64,000 nucleotides of DNA, from positions 43,904,001-43,968,000 of the forward strand of contig CP068257.2 in the NCBI GenBank assembly GCA_009914755.4. Direction: 5' to 3'. Source of the stretch: the human T2T-CHM13v2.0 reference genome, Homo sapiens. Positions 11,060 through 24,127 of this stretch are shown one piece after another; within the stretch, counting starts at the first letter, position 1; every line of letters begins with the position of its first letter. The notes under the pieces were generated by a model. It was not told where the DNA came from. It searched no databases and worked only from the letters and a program-made list of their open reading frames with translations. The position numbers and the translations under genes were made by a program.

Positions 11060-11640
11060 CAGTGGAAATCTGGCCTACTGCAAGGTGGAGTTTGAAGCCT
11101 ACACTGCCTGGTCCTCATTTCCAGAACTTGGAGGTGATAACCCTCCTGCCCACAGGTGGAGTGATGTCCGGCTACAGGAACATCCTGCGGTCGGAGGAGG
11201 TTTGCATCAAGCTCCGCCACAATCACAGGCATGCATCTTGGTTGCAAGCAAGCTATCCGAGAAACCTAAGCGTGACATTAGAAGACAAAATGATTGGGAA
11301 GGAAGCGGCAGAGTCTCTGTTCACAGATGATGCAATTGTCAGGGCAGTAAATCCTAACAGGTTATCAAAAATACTAGAAATAAGGGCATTTAGCAAGGTC
11401 ATGAGATACTAAGTCTATATACAAAAGTAATTGTACTTCTATAATCTAGCAACAAATAATTGGAAGACAGAATTTGAAAAACAGTATTTACAACGCCAAT
11501 GAAAATCAGAAAATATCTAAGAATGCATTTAATGAAAAATGTGTAAGTTCTCTATACCGAAAGCTGCAGAACATTACTGAGAGAAATTAGTGAAGAGCTA
11601 AACAAATGGGGGAGACAGACCTTGTTCATGGATTGTGTAA
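11060..11640 (+). mobile_element. Old L1 (L1M/L1P-like) ORF2 fragment, first part.
   Basis: The DNA matches the L1 ORF2 region (..atgaaaatcagaaaatatctaagaatgcatttaatgaaaaatgtgtaagttctctataccgaaagctgcagaacattactgagagaaattagtgaagagctaaacaaatggggg..gttcatggattg). The ORF 11062-11412 translates to an ORF2-like remnant. Confidence 0.7.
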
Positions 11641-12229
11641 ACCAAAAATAAACTTCTAAGCCCCCAACCGTCTGAACAGACCACTCCTCTGGGCAAGGGC
11701 ATTCCAAAGTTAACCTGAAAAACTGGTTCAGGCCATGAGGGGAAGGGAGGGATGGATACTCGTCATTATACCTGACCCCCTTTTGGAATTCAGGGAAAGC
11801 CGACCAACTTTCAACGTCAACACAGACCTTAAGTCTGATAAGAATCATTTAGAATCTAGTCTTTGAAGCCTGCGACCCAGAGACTTCATCTGCTGCTAAA
11901 ACTTTGATCTCCACAACCCCTTACTTAACCTAGACATCCCTTTCTATTGATAATAACTCTTTCAACCAATTGCCAATCCCGACATGTTTAGCTTTACCTG
12001 TAACCTGGAAGCCAGCCCCCACCAGGTTGTCCCACCTTTCCACACCAGAGCAGTGTATATCTTACATGTATTTGATTGGTGTCTCATGTTCCCTTAAATG
12101 TATGAGACCAGGCTGTGCCCAGTCACCTTGGACGCATGTTTTAGGATCTCCTGAGGGCTGCGTCAAGGGTCATGGTCACTCATATTTGGCTCAGCATAAA
12201 TCTCTTCATATATTTTACATAGTTTGACT
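11641..12229. mobile_element. ~590-bp insertion splitting the L1. LTR-like, family unresolved.
   Basis: The L1 homology breaks at ~11640 and resumes at ~12230. The insert contains tgtaacctggaagccagcccccacc... The solo-LTR-like character is inferred, not matched to a consensus. Confidence 0.35.
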
Positions 12230-12824
12230 CTTTTCATTGACAATTGGAAGGCTCATTATTAAGGTGAACATTCTCCCCAAATTGATCCATAGATTCAGTG
12301 CAATCCAACAGAGATCTCACAGGCTTATTTCTTAGAAATTGAAATGTTGATTCAGAATTGAGATGGAAATGCAAAAGACTTACAATAGCCAGAACAATTG
12401 TGACTAAGAAAAGTGACGTCGGAGAGCTCAGAGATATGGAGACCAAGGGAAGCTGGTGGAGTCCGGCAATAGGACCACCCACATGGACCACAGATTTCCA
12501 ACAAGGGTGTCCACGTAATTCATTTGGGGAAAGGGTGGTCTCTAGATCACATAGTTCAAGAACAGCTGGATATCCACAGGGGAAGATGAACATCAGACTT
12601 TATCACGTCCCTTTCACAAACACTAATTTGAGACCCAAACTAAAAGCTAACCCTGTCAAACTTGTAGATCTGTGTCCAGTGACACAGGAAGCAAACAAAA
12701 TGCCACACCTGGGAGGAAACATTCATATTCCTTGTATCTGATACAGGACTTGTATCCAGACACGTAAGTGACGCTTACAACTGAGTAATAAGAAAATAGC
12801 CCACTTCTTAAAACACACAAAAGA
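12230..12824 (+). mobile_element. Old L1 ORF2 fragment, continued. Interrupted by an Alu at 12825.
   Basis: The segment caattctccccaaattgatccatagattcagtgcaatcc..atggaaatgcaaaagacttacaatagccagaacaattgtgactaag...acaggacttgtatccaga matches the L1 ORF2 consensus. Confidence 0.75.
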
Positions 12825-13835
<1,011 letters not shown>

Positions 13836-13984
13836 AAAGCCTGCACTGCTGGAAGTGGGGGAAAGGCCTGGAAGCAAGTCGAATGCTCCAAGCCCTCTCG
13901 TGTCTCTTGGGAGACAATCCAGGCCTCAGTTGGTTACAAGGGAGAACCCAGAACAGCCTCAGCCTCGGGAGAAAAGGGCAGTGA

Positions 13985-14205
13985 TGTGGCAGGGGAGGGG
14001 CAGGGGGACAGGTAGTGGGTGGTGGGGAGGGGGACAGGTGGTGGGGGAGGGGCAGGGGGAGAGGTGGTGGGTGGTGGGGAGGGGGATAGGTGGTGGGGGA
14101 GGGGCAGGGGACAGGTGGTTGGTGGTGGGGAGGGGGACACTTGGCGGATTGTGGGGAGGAGGACAGGTGGGGGGTGGTGGACGGTGGGGAGGGGACAGCT
14201 GGGCG
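13985..14205. repeat. G-rich degenerate tandem repeat (~24-bp units, GGGGAGGGGGACAGGTGGTGGG-like). C-rich on the minus strand.
   Basis: The sequence ggcagggggacaggtagtgggtggtggggagggggacaggtggtgggggaggggcagggggagaggtggtgggtggtggggaggggg... has multiple G3+ runs. Confidence 0.85.
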
Positions 14206-15149
14206 CACACTGTGGCTCTTGGTTGCAGATGGGGTACAGGTCCAGTATGCTCCAGCCACGTAGGTCTCCATGTGACCTCCTTCACATCTTGTCCCCACAG
14301 AGACCCTCATCTCTGCCCCTTCTTAGCCCCAGGGCAGCCCTCCCAGGCTGCAGAGCCCCGAACTCTCTGGCATCTTGGGAACTGTCTCTCCCCGGCCAGG
14401 CTGGCACATGCGGATGTTGCAGCATTGGCCAAAAGTGGACAGTGGGGGTCAGTGTGGGGTACCGCCCACCCCATCCCAGCCCCTCCTGGGCTGCTGTGCA
14501 TCCTGCTCCTGCCCACCCAGCCCAGGCTGGCACCTCCTCCTGGTCTCTCCCACACCCCATGCACCGCCCTGGTCACTTCTGTGGTTTGGGGTGTTTCCCT
14601 CCTGGGGAGGCGCCTCCTGCCTGATGAGACCTCTGAGCCCCAAAGGGTCACATGAGACTGTGTCCCCAGGTGGCAGCTGTTGGTTCTCTCCAGCCCCCAC
14701 AGACACCTCAGGCCCCCGTATGCCAGACCGCTTGGAGATGGGGTCTTCTGTGCTCCCTTCTTCCCATGGGCCACCTGCCACCCCCGTCCACAAGCACAAG
14801 TGAACGTTTCCACGTGGAAAGGGCTGGTTCTCCAGCTGGAATTTCCTTGACTACACGGTCTTATTAGATCCAGAATGGAACTGCATGAAATAAACAGGGA
14901 GATTTGGGCAGGATGGAGCTCAGTTCTCCCAGCCAAGGGGAGACCACAGCCAGCTCTCCATTCACGGTTCAGGATCACAGCAGCCCCGCCGGGAGGCTTG
15001 GCCTTGCAGGCCCCGGGCTTCCGTGGTTTTGTTGCATGCAGATTTCGTCGTCTTCTTCTGAATGTTTCAGTATTCATGTGTTCCTGGATGACTGGCGTTC
15101 CCTCTCAATTTTCACACGCAGTAGTGCAGGGGCGTGCAGTCTGCAGACC

Positions 15150-15420
15150 CCTCTCCTCTCCTCCACCTTCTCAACCTCCCTTACCTCCACACCCATCTCC
15201 CCTCCCTGCCTCCCTCCTCTGCCTTCCTCCCCTCTCCTCCGCCTTTCTGTCCCCTTCCCTCCCACCACCGCCCCCCACCCTCCCCCCCGCCTCCCCACAA
15301 CCCTTCCCCCACCCTCCTCAACCTTCCCAGCACTGGCCCCCGCCTCCATTCTCCTCCCCACAACACCCACTTCCTCCTCTACCTTCCCCCTTGTCTTAGT
15401 CCCTTTCCTGTTCTTCACAG
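15150..15420. repeat. ~270-bp polypyrimidine (CT/C-rich) tract on the plus strand.
   Basis: The tract ctcctctcctccaccttctcaacctcccttacctccacacccatctcccctccctgcctccctcctctgccttcctcccc...ccccaccctcccccccgcctcccc is almost purine-free. Confidence 0.9.
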
Positions 15421-15507
15421 TCCCAGCTACGCCTGGGTTGGTTGCACTCTCTGTTCCTCTTATTTTCTTTCAAGGAACTACCTTTTGGATCTAAAAACTC
15501 AAGTTTT

Positions 15508-15650
15508 ACTTAAGAGGCTGAGGCAGGAGAATAGCTTGAACCCGGGAGGTGGAGGTTGCAGTGAGCCGAGACACTGCACTCCAGCCTGGGCGACAAGAGC
15601 GAGACTCCATCTCAAAGGAAAAAAACAAAAAAAATCAAGTTTTAATTGCT
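15508..15650 (+). mobile_element. Truncated Alu (right arm only) with an A-rich tail.
   Basis: The element reads ggctgaggcaggagaatagcttgaacccgggaggtggaggttgcagtgagccgagacactgcactccagcctgggcgacaagagcgagactccatctcaaaggaaaaaaacaaaaaaaa. Confidence 0.85.
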
Positions 15651-17821
15651 TTCCAATTAATTAATTTCTGCTTTTCTCATTATTTTTTCTTTTTCCTGTT
15701 GACTTTGTTGTTCCTTTCCTGTTCTAGTTTCTGAGTTAACTGCTATGTTCCTTTAATTTGAATAAAACTAGGAATAATAAACCATTTAATAATTCATTCC
15801 TCTCACGGGGCACCTTTGGCCAGGCCCATGGACGCTGTGTCACTACACTTGTTGCTGTCAGCCTCTACGTAGGACGTGATTTTTGCTTGATTTCCTCTTG
15901 GACTCATGACTCATTACAGAGAATGATTCAAACGTTTCCAGTAGGCAGATGTTGTTGTTTGTTGGTTTAATATGTCGTTTTATAAAGTTCAGATCAAAGA
16001 ACGTGGCCTAAGCAGGTATTCATTTTGTGAAATTGTTTTGAGCTTCGATTTGTGGCTTGGTTTTGGGTTATGTTTTAAACTTTTTCATGGGCTTTCGAAA
16101 AATGCATATTCTCTATGCACATCGTGTTTTATATGAATAAAATCTAAATTGCAAATAGTGGGATTTCAATCTCTGATAGCCTCATTCATGCATTGTCTGG
16201 GGTATGTGTCAAGTTTGCCAGAGTGAAGGGCCCCGCCGTGACTGGGGTTCGCGCCTCCCTGCATGTCCACGCCTTTATGTCCGTACTTTAGGGCAGTGTG
16301 GAGATGGACCCACACCGCCTGCGTGTTCTGCCGCCACGCTGGCCTGAGACCTCGGCTTCCTGTGCGGCCTCCTTATGGCTGTTTCAGGTGCGTTCCTCAG
16401 AGCATGGGGTGGAATTTGCTTTTCTACAAAAGGTGTCTGCCCGAGTGTCTGACCCACTGTCTCGCCGCTCCATGGGGCTGGCTGTGTGGTGGGGACTGAC
16501 GGCCTCCTCAGGAGGAGACAGTGATGACCCCAGGGAGTGGGTGAGGCCACTGTCAGACCAGAGAGATCTGCGATGGGCCAAAGAAGAGGCTGGGCTGCTG
16601 CTGCTGCATCTGTGTCTGCCCAGGGGAGCTACATCCTGGCCTCAGGACCTCCCTCCCAGCCTGAGCAGCAGGGGTCAGGCTGGTCCAGCTCTCAGGAGTG
16701 TCCCAGGGAAAGAACAAAACTGCCCTCCTGTCCACTCCAGGGAGACCCACAGGCTGTGCCACCAGCAGGCAGTGTGGACATCGGTGGCTGTTGGGTCGGG
16801 GGCCCCAGGGAGAGCCCCTGGGGAGAGCGACACCCACCCGGAGGCTCAGGCCAGGCCAGGACCGCAGCCCTCGAATGTGCAGAGACCCCGGGTCCTACCC
16901 AGGCCCGGGTCTCGGGACCACGTGGAGGAGGGATTAGCGCGTGCTATAATCCGCAGTCACCAGCAGAGCAGACAGCCTCTCGCCCAGAACAGGGCACCCG
17001 GGACAGCCCCAGCCCCAGCAGAGAGGGGCTGGTCTCAGCGAAGTGGAGCGGGTCTTAGTGGGTTGGGGCCAGTCTCATCCTGGCCCTGGGTGTGTCCCAG
17101 ACCCCTAATGCGGAGCCTGCAGGTCATTCCTGGCCCATGAGTCTGACCTGACACGGGAGTCTCTGGGCTGGTCCGCCCGTCCACCCTGTCCCTGCGTTTG
17201 TGCTGATAGGAGGACACTGCTCAAAACACACGACGGCTGTGTGCTATAATCCACGGTCACCAGCAGAGCAGACGGCCTCTCGCCCAGAACAGGGCACCCA
17301 GGGCAGTGCCAGCCCCAGCTCTCCGTGGCGCCCCCCATGTGCTCACTTTTACACAAGACCTCGCGCAATGGAAGCTCTTCCTCCTGGCAAATCGCAGGGG
17401 GCAGATTCCACTAAAACAAGACTCCACCGGGCGGCAGGTGGCCAGGCTCAGGGCTGGGGCAGGACCGGAGCGGGGGCCTCGCTGGAGGCTGGGCCTGGAG
17501 GGCAGGGGCCTTTGCTGCCGTGGGTGCAGTTTTGTAAGCAGAGGCTGGGGCTGGGTCCTGCCCTGCAAGCTCTACTGGTCCTTCCAGGCACCGCGCATCC
17601 CTCCCACCGGCCTAAGGGGACGGGAGCCGCTGACCTTTAGGACCTGTGCAAGGGTCATGGTGCTGTGTGAAGGACACGACTCCAGGCCACATCCTCCCTC
17701 CAGCCCATGAGGGTCCCCGGGATAAAGTCCAGAGGAGCCACAGGGGACACGGCTCAGTGGGAGGCAGCCCGGCCCATCACAGTGCCAGCCCTAGGCCTTG
17801 CTGTTATTATTTTGTATTTTT

Positions 17822-17975
17822 TTTGTGGTAAAAGAGACATAAAATGTACCATGTTAACTATTTTTAACTGCACACTTCAATGGCATTAAGGACATTCACA
17901 CTGTTGTGCGGCCGTCACCCCCATCATCTCCAGAACTCTTTCGTCCTGCAAAACTGAAGCTCTGCACCCAAGACA
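17822..17975 (+). mobile_element. 3'-terminal fragment of an old L1 (L1MB/MC-like 3' end).
   Basis: The segment ttttgtggtaaaagagacataaaatgtaccatgttaactatttttaactgcacacttcaatggcattaaggacattcacactgttgtgcggccgtcacccccatcatctccagaactctttcgtcctgcaaaactgaagctctgcaccc matches the remembered L1M 3' end. Confidence 0.55.
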
Positions 17976-19548
17976 CACTCACCCCCAATCCCCCCGCGCC
18001 CCCCTCCTAGTCCCCCCGCGCCCCCTTCCCAGTCCCCCACACCCCCTCCCAGTCCCCCACACCCCCTCCCAGTCCCCCACGCCCCCTCCCAGTCCCCCAC
18101 ACCCCCTCCCAGTCCCCCACACCCCCTCCCAGTCCCCCACACCCCCTCCCAGTCCTCCACGCCCCCTCCCAGTCCCCCACACCCCCTCCCAGTCCCCCAC
18201 GCCCCCTCCCAGTCCCCCACACCCCCTCCCAATCCCCCACACCCCCTCCCAGTCCCCCACACCCCCTCCCAATCCCCCACGCCCCCTCCCAGTCCCCCAC
18301 GCCCCCTCCCAGTCCCCCACACCCCCTCCCAGTCCCCCACACCCCCTCCCAATCCCCCACACCCCCTCCCAGTCCCCCACACCCCCTCCCAGTCCCCCAC
18401 GCCCCCTCCCAGTCCCCCACACCCCCTCCCAGTCCCCCACACCCCCTCCCAGTCCCCCACACCCCCTCCCAATCCCCCACGCCCCCTCCCAGTCCCCCAC
18501 GCCCCCTCCCAGTCCCCCACACCCCCTCCCAGTCCCCCACACCCCCTCCCAATCCCCCACACCCCCTCCCAGTCCCCCACACCCCCTCCCAATCCCCCAC
18601 GCCCCCTCCCAGTCCCCCACGCCCCCTCCCAGTCCCCCACACCCCCTCCCAGTCCCCCACGCCCCCTCCCAGTCCCCCACACCCCCTCCCAGTCCTCCAC
18701 GCCCCCTCCCAGTCCCCCACGCCCCCTCCCAGTCCCCCATGCTCCCCCAATCCCCCGCGCCCCCTCCCAGTCCCCCGCGCCCCATCCCAATCTCCCCGCG
18801 CCCCCTCCCAGTCCCCCGCGCCCCCTCCCAATCCCCCCGCGCCCCCCTCCTAGTCCCCCCGCGCCCCCTTCCCAGTCCCCCACGCCCCCTCCCAGTCCCC
18901 CACGCCCCCTCCCAGTCCCCCACGCCCCATCCCAGTCCCCCACGCCCCCTCCCAGTCCCCCACGCCCCATCCCAGTCCCCCGCGCCCCATCCCAGTCCCC
19001 CACGCCCCATCCCAATCCCCCGCGCCCCCTCCCAATCCCCCCGCGCCCCCTTCCCAGTCCCCCACGCCCCCTCCCAATCCCCCACGCCCCCTCCCAATCC
19101 CCCGCGCCCCCTCCCAATCCCCCCGCGCCCCCTTCCCAGTCCCCCACGCCCCCTCCCAATCCCCCACGCCCCCTCCCAATCCCCCGCGCCCCCTCCCAAT
19201 CCCCCCGCGCCCCCTTCCCAGTCCCCCACGCCCCCTCCCAATCCCCCACGCCCCCTCCCAATCCCCCGCGCCCCCTCCCAATCCCCCCGCGCCCCCTTCC
19301 CAGTCCCCCACGCCCCCTCCCAATCCCCCACGCCCCATCCCAGTCCCCCACGCCCCCTCCCAATCCCCCACGCCCCCTCCCAATCCCCCGCGCCCCCTCC
19401 CAATCCCCCCGCGCCCCCTTCCCAGTCCCCCACGCCCCCTCCCAATCCCCCACGCCCCATCCCAGTCCCCCGCGCCCCCATCCCAGTCCCCCATGCCCCC
19501 CCAATCCCCCGCGCCCCCCTCCCAATCCCCTGCGCCCCCATCCCACTT
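17971..19548. repeat. 20-bp C-rich minisatellite, about 78 copies over ~1.58 kb. Unit AGTCCCCCACRCCCCCTCCC, with CpG-containing variants (cgcgccccc) at the edges.
   Basis: Perfect 20-bp periodicity is visible across lines 18001-19500. The open six-frame ORFs of 555 and 549 aa on the minus strand are glycine-rich repeat artefacts. Confidence 0.95.
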
Positions 19549-19899
19549 TCTGGCCGGGTCTGGCCACCGCGGGGCCTCTGAGTGGAACCACGCACAGGGG
19601 GCGTCCTCTTGTGCCTGGCCAGGGGCACTCAGCATCGTGTCTCCAGGTCCCTGCACGGGGCAGCGGCGTGGAAACTTCCTTTCAGGCCGGCGATCCTTCC
19701 TGTGTGCGTCTCCACATTTTGATTTTTCATTTATGGATGGACATTTGGACATCTCCTTCCGCTTGGCTGTGGTGACTAAAGCTGCTGTGCTATCATTTTT
19801 ACTATTATTGTTATGACAAGTTGACAAGTGAATCTTTCTCTTACGGTTTCGGTTTTTCCCATCTTATTTGCTTTTAACTGTCCAGATTCATTGAGTCCC

Positions 19900-21010
19900 A
19901 GCAGCGGGCCCTGTTCCCGGCTTCAGTGGCGAGGCCCCTCGCCTTCTCCCCAGAAGCAGCCCCTTTGACGACATCGGTACTTTCGGTCCATTCCCTGGGT
20001 CGATGTTTCCAGAACCCCGCGCCCAGGAGCACGTCCAGGTTATGCGTGGGGCCGCCCTGTGCGCGCGCCTGGAGGCCTCGGGTTTCCCCGACGCAACGCG
20101 GGGAGTGGCCACCAGGGGGCGAGCGGCGCCCGGAGCCTCCGCGGGTCCCAGCCCAGCAGCCTCGCGACGCAGGGGGCGGTGCAGGGGGCGGCGGGGGCGG
20201 CGCAGGGGGCGGTGCAGGGGGCGGCGGGGGCGGCGCAGGGGGCGGTGGGGGGCGCCGGGGGGCGGCGCAGGGGGCGGCGCAGGGGGCGGCGCAGGGGGCG
20301 GCGCAGGGGGCGGCGCAGGGGGCGGCGCGGGGGCGGCGGGGGCGGCGGGGGGCGGCGGGGGCGGCAGCGCTGCAGGTGGGGGTGGGGGTTGCAGGGGCGG
20401 CGGGGACAGTATGGGAGGCAGGGGCGGTGTGGAGAGCTGGGGGCCGTGGGGGGTGTTGGGGGCGGGAGGGGGATGGGGGAGGTTGTGGGGGGAAGGGGAA
20501 CCGGCTTGGGTGGCCATGCAGGCGACGCGGGTTGCAGGGAACGGAGGTGCAGGGGGCGGCGGCGGGGGCGGCGGCGAAAGGGGACGGGCTTGCGTGGCCC
20601 CGCGCGGGGGCTAAGGGGCTGCAGGCCAACCCACCGTCCCGGGCACTTGGGACTCAGGAGGGCGGGGCGGGGCGGGGCGGCCCGCGTGGGGAGTGCCTGA
20701 GGCTGGCCTAGGCCCTGGGACCGTAGCCTCCCGAGCAGGGTGGGCTCCACGCGAACGGCGGGCGCTGGCAGAAAGCGACCCACGCAGAGTTCCGCGCCAG
20801 CCGAGGGGCCCGGCTGCCGCCCATGCGCGGTCCTGGAGGTGCCGGGAGGGGGTCGCGGACCCTGAGGCAGGATCCACGTGGTCCCTGCGGGCCCAGTGAG
20901 TGACATCACCGCGACGCTGCGCATGGAGCAAGCTCTACACCCGGGAGATGGCCACGGTGCGCATGCAGCAAGGTCTACTCCCGCGAGGTGACCACGGGAC
21001 AGACGATCCT
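19900..21010. promoter_or_regulatory. CpG island. Candidate alternative promoter or TSS region.
   Basis: Dense CpG content (cgatgtttccagaaccccgcgcccagg, gtgcgcgcgcctggaggcctcgggtttccccgacgcaacgcgg). It contains (GGGGC)n at 20650-20690 (ggagggcggggcggggcggggcggcccgcg). Confidence 0.6.
20155..20400. repeat. 12-bp GC-only tandem repeat (GCAGGGGGCGGC)n, about 18 copies, inside the CpG island.
   Basis: The tract reads gcagggggcggcgcagggggcggcgcagggggcggcgcagggggcggcg... The six-frame GAAQGAAQ and PPAPPPAP ORFs are artefacts. Confidence 0.9.
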
Positions 21011-21892
21011 CTGAGGTTTCCAGGAAGACCCCCGCCCTAATCCTCTGAAGGTCGGAGGTCACAGGTCAAAGCCGAGAACAGAAGCTGGGGTGGGGCACAC
21101 AGAGGTGGAAAGAGGGGCCTGAGCATCGGGCGGCCACCAGCAGGGTCCCCTCCTGGCCACAAGGACGCTCCCGTTCCAGTCCCCGGAAGAGGGTGGCTGC
21201 AGCCACCCCGGGGATGACCAGCAGAGGTCCTCACGGCCTGCGGCCCGGGGAGACCTGAGACTCCTAAGCTGAGCACGTCAGCGTCTCTACCTCCACCGCA
21301 GACAGAAAGACCGGGCGGACCCAAGACTGCAAGCTCAAGCCCTGGCGGCAGGGCAGCGGGGCCTGTGAGGGCCGAGGGTGGACGCTGCTCTGAGCCAGAC
21401 CCGCTCGTCAGCAGCTCGGCCTCCCCCGCTGCTCCCCACCAGCGCCCGGGCTTGGGTGTTTGGTGCTTCCAACTTTTCAAGAGAAGCTTGAAATCTGTAA
21501 TTCTTATGTGAAATCCTGCCTTTCTTAACTAATTAAAGACTTAAAATTAGCTAGTTAAAATTAATTAAAATTGATTAAATTTGTACTAATTAAAACTAAC
21601 TGAATTCTTCTCAAAACACCGTGCAGACGAAACCAGTCAGTGACACACCTGTCTGCAGCCATAGCACCAGGAGACATGGGGTGGGGGCCAGGGACATGGC
21701 CGGAGCTGCCACAGACAGGACAGAACAGGACGTTGTCAAGCGCTCTGTGGCTGATCTGTCTCTGTTGCACCAAAGTATTTTAAATGTTCTCTCACGTCCT
21801 CTGGAAGATCTTGGATGGGGAGAGAGGCGGGGTGGAGGGTGGCATGGGAGTCCTGTGGCCGGGGCTTCCTGGGGGCCCTGCACAGCAACCGG

Positions 21893-22022
21893 CCTGCACG
21901 TGTCTCCTGGGACGGCGACTCAGATGCATGTGTCACCTGGGACGGCACCTCAGACGCATGTGTCTCCTGGGACGGCGACTCAGATGCATGTGTCTCCTGG
22001 GACGGCGCCTCAGAGGCCTGGC
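21893..22022. repeat. 33-bp tandem repeat, about 4 copies.
   Basis: The unit catgtgtctcctgggacggcgactcagatg repeats four times: ...gcatgtgtcacctgggacggcacctcagacgcatgtgtctcctgggacggcgactcagatgcatgtgtctcctgggacggcgcctcagagg. Confidence 0.9.
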
Positions 22023-23820
22023 TACTCCGAGAGGCCTCTGGACACCATGTAACCTCCCCTGGGCTCAGCCCTGGCCTGGCCAGTGCCCTGGTACCAGGAC
22101 TTGGGCACCAGCCACTGCCTCCCCACGTGTCAGCTCCTTGCACAATGGCACCCGCTGCATGGAGCTGCCCAGGACTCAGGAAGAACGGAGCTGGAGGCTG
22201 GGCCCTGGGGCTGCTGAAGCCCTGGCAGCAGGAAGGGATTTGAGATAGAGAACCCGAGGCCAGAGCACTGGGGCTCAGACAGCGGCCCGGGAGATGGGTC
22301 TTCCCTATCAGTGGAGACAGACCTTGGCCTCGTGACACCCTGGAGTCCCCGGCTTTGACCCCGTAGCCCGTGCCACATTCTCCTGAGGCTTCTCGTCTGC
22401 TCTGGGTGAACCAGGTGCTGGCCTGTGCCTTGTGGCCCCAGCCTGGCCCTGAGCCCCGGGTCCTGCACACCTTGCTGGTAGTCTCTGTCACAGAGACGGT
22501 TGGGCCCGGAGGCTGCTGGCATGTGAGTGTCCGCCTGGAGTGTCCTGCTCCAGCCACAGCCCTGCAGTGGTTCATGGCCAGAGCAGAGGAGCGAGGGCTG
22601 GGGGTTTGTGCAGTGACCAGGACCAGGGTGCAGGGGCCCAAACCAAGGCCACTCACTGCCCTGAATTGAGCAGAAGGGATGCTCTGAGGCTCCCGGGGAG
22701 CCTCAACCCTCCACCACACTCAGACAGTGTGCCTCTCTTGGACCGTGTCCTGCGCTCTGGTGACTCTCGGGGATGCTAGTGAGGAGCTTGTCCCGGCTCA
22801 GGCTGAGCCCTCTGCTCAACTAACAGCACAGACGCAGCCCAGACAGTTGCGGAGGGGAAGCAGGTGTGGGGGTGGCCGTGCCCTCGGCACTCGGACTTGG
22901 CCTCCTGAGCCCAGTGGCGTGGGGAGTGATAGTGTGATGCTCACCTTTGCCTCCTGCGTGTCTGACGGAATCATTCCTGTTTAGACATGAGCTCCATTCT
23001 TCGGAGGGCATGACCAGGAGGCCACCTATTTGGGGATATTTTTAGAGTCATGCCATCCAAGGCAGTCTGTGCCGAGTGGCTCCATATTCAGACAGCGGCG
23101 GCATCGTCTCCAAGCCTGGGCTCAGTGGTTAGCACGTCCCGTGCTGACGAGAGACTGGAGGCGGCTTCTGAAAACCCTTCGGGGCCAAGGCTCTCTAGTC
23201 GGACTCCACACGGCTGGTGACAGATCAGGCCAGACAAGTGCATGACACCCACCATCCAAGACGACAGGCTGAGACCCCCCAAGTCCAGGTGGGCCACGGC
23301 TGGCTGGACCTCAGCTGGGACTCGGACATGCTGGCTCTGCAGCCTGGCCCCAGGGTGTGGGCCTGCAGCTCTGGCTGCTGAGAAATCCCCAGTGGGCCCT
23401 TCAACCTTTGAAGGATTCGCCCCATTGTCACTGCAGTGAGACCCCCTGAGAACCCGGGAAGGCAGTGGTGCCGCAGAAGGGGTGCTGGCCGGCGAGCCTT
23501 GGGGATCTTCCCAGGGATGCAGCAGGTGGGGCTGTGACCAGGCTGCAGAGGGTGTTTCTTCTTCGTATGTGGCCAGTGTGACTTGAGTTCAGCCCCAGAA
23601 ATAAATGTGTGAGAGGACTGCGTTTGGTTTGAGCGAGGGCAGGCACAGGTAGGGAGCGGAGCTGCTACAGGAAGCCCTGCGGCTGGGAATCTGAGGGAGT
23701 CGGGGCAGCCTTGTTGCCAGGGCAGGACAGAGTACGGCCACCTGGTTGCTTGGAACAAGGTGGAGCTGTGTTCCAATTTCTCAGCACACAGGGAAACACA
23801 TTTCAGTTAAATTGAATTTT

Positions 23821-24127
<307 letters not shown>

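Noticed and set aside
11062-11412. 116-aa ORF MEIWPTARW...FTDDAIVRAVNPNRLSKILEIRAFSKVMRY as a candidate gene
   Set aside because: The DNA and peptide match a degenerate L1 ORF2 segment. It is a retrotransposon remnant interrupted by stops and indels elsewhere.
17924-19628. Very long minus-strand ORFs (555 and 549 aa; 325 aa at 18850-19827) encoding glycine-rich GGLGGGVGDWEGAWGTGRGR repeats
   Set aside because: They coincide exactly with the 20-bp minisatellite. A 20-bp period gives a 60-nt or 20-aa super-period with no stops. There are overlapping ORFs in several frames and on both strands, no start-site context, and the repeat units vary in the wobble pattern of a VNTR rather than of a gene.
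19874-21062. ORFs of 251, 261, 340 and 213 aa in the second CpG island, including PPAPPPAP and GAAQGAAQ runs
   Set aside because: Driven by the 12-bp GC repeat and general CpG-island composition. Multiple mutually overlapping frames, with no splice or start signals.
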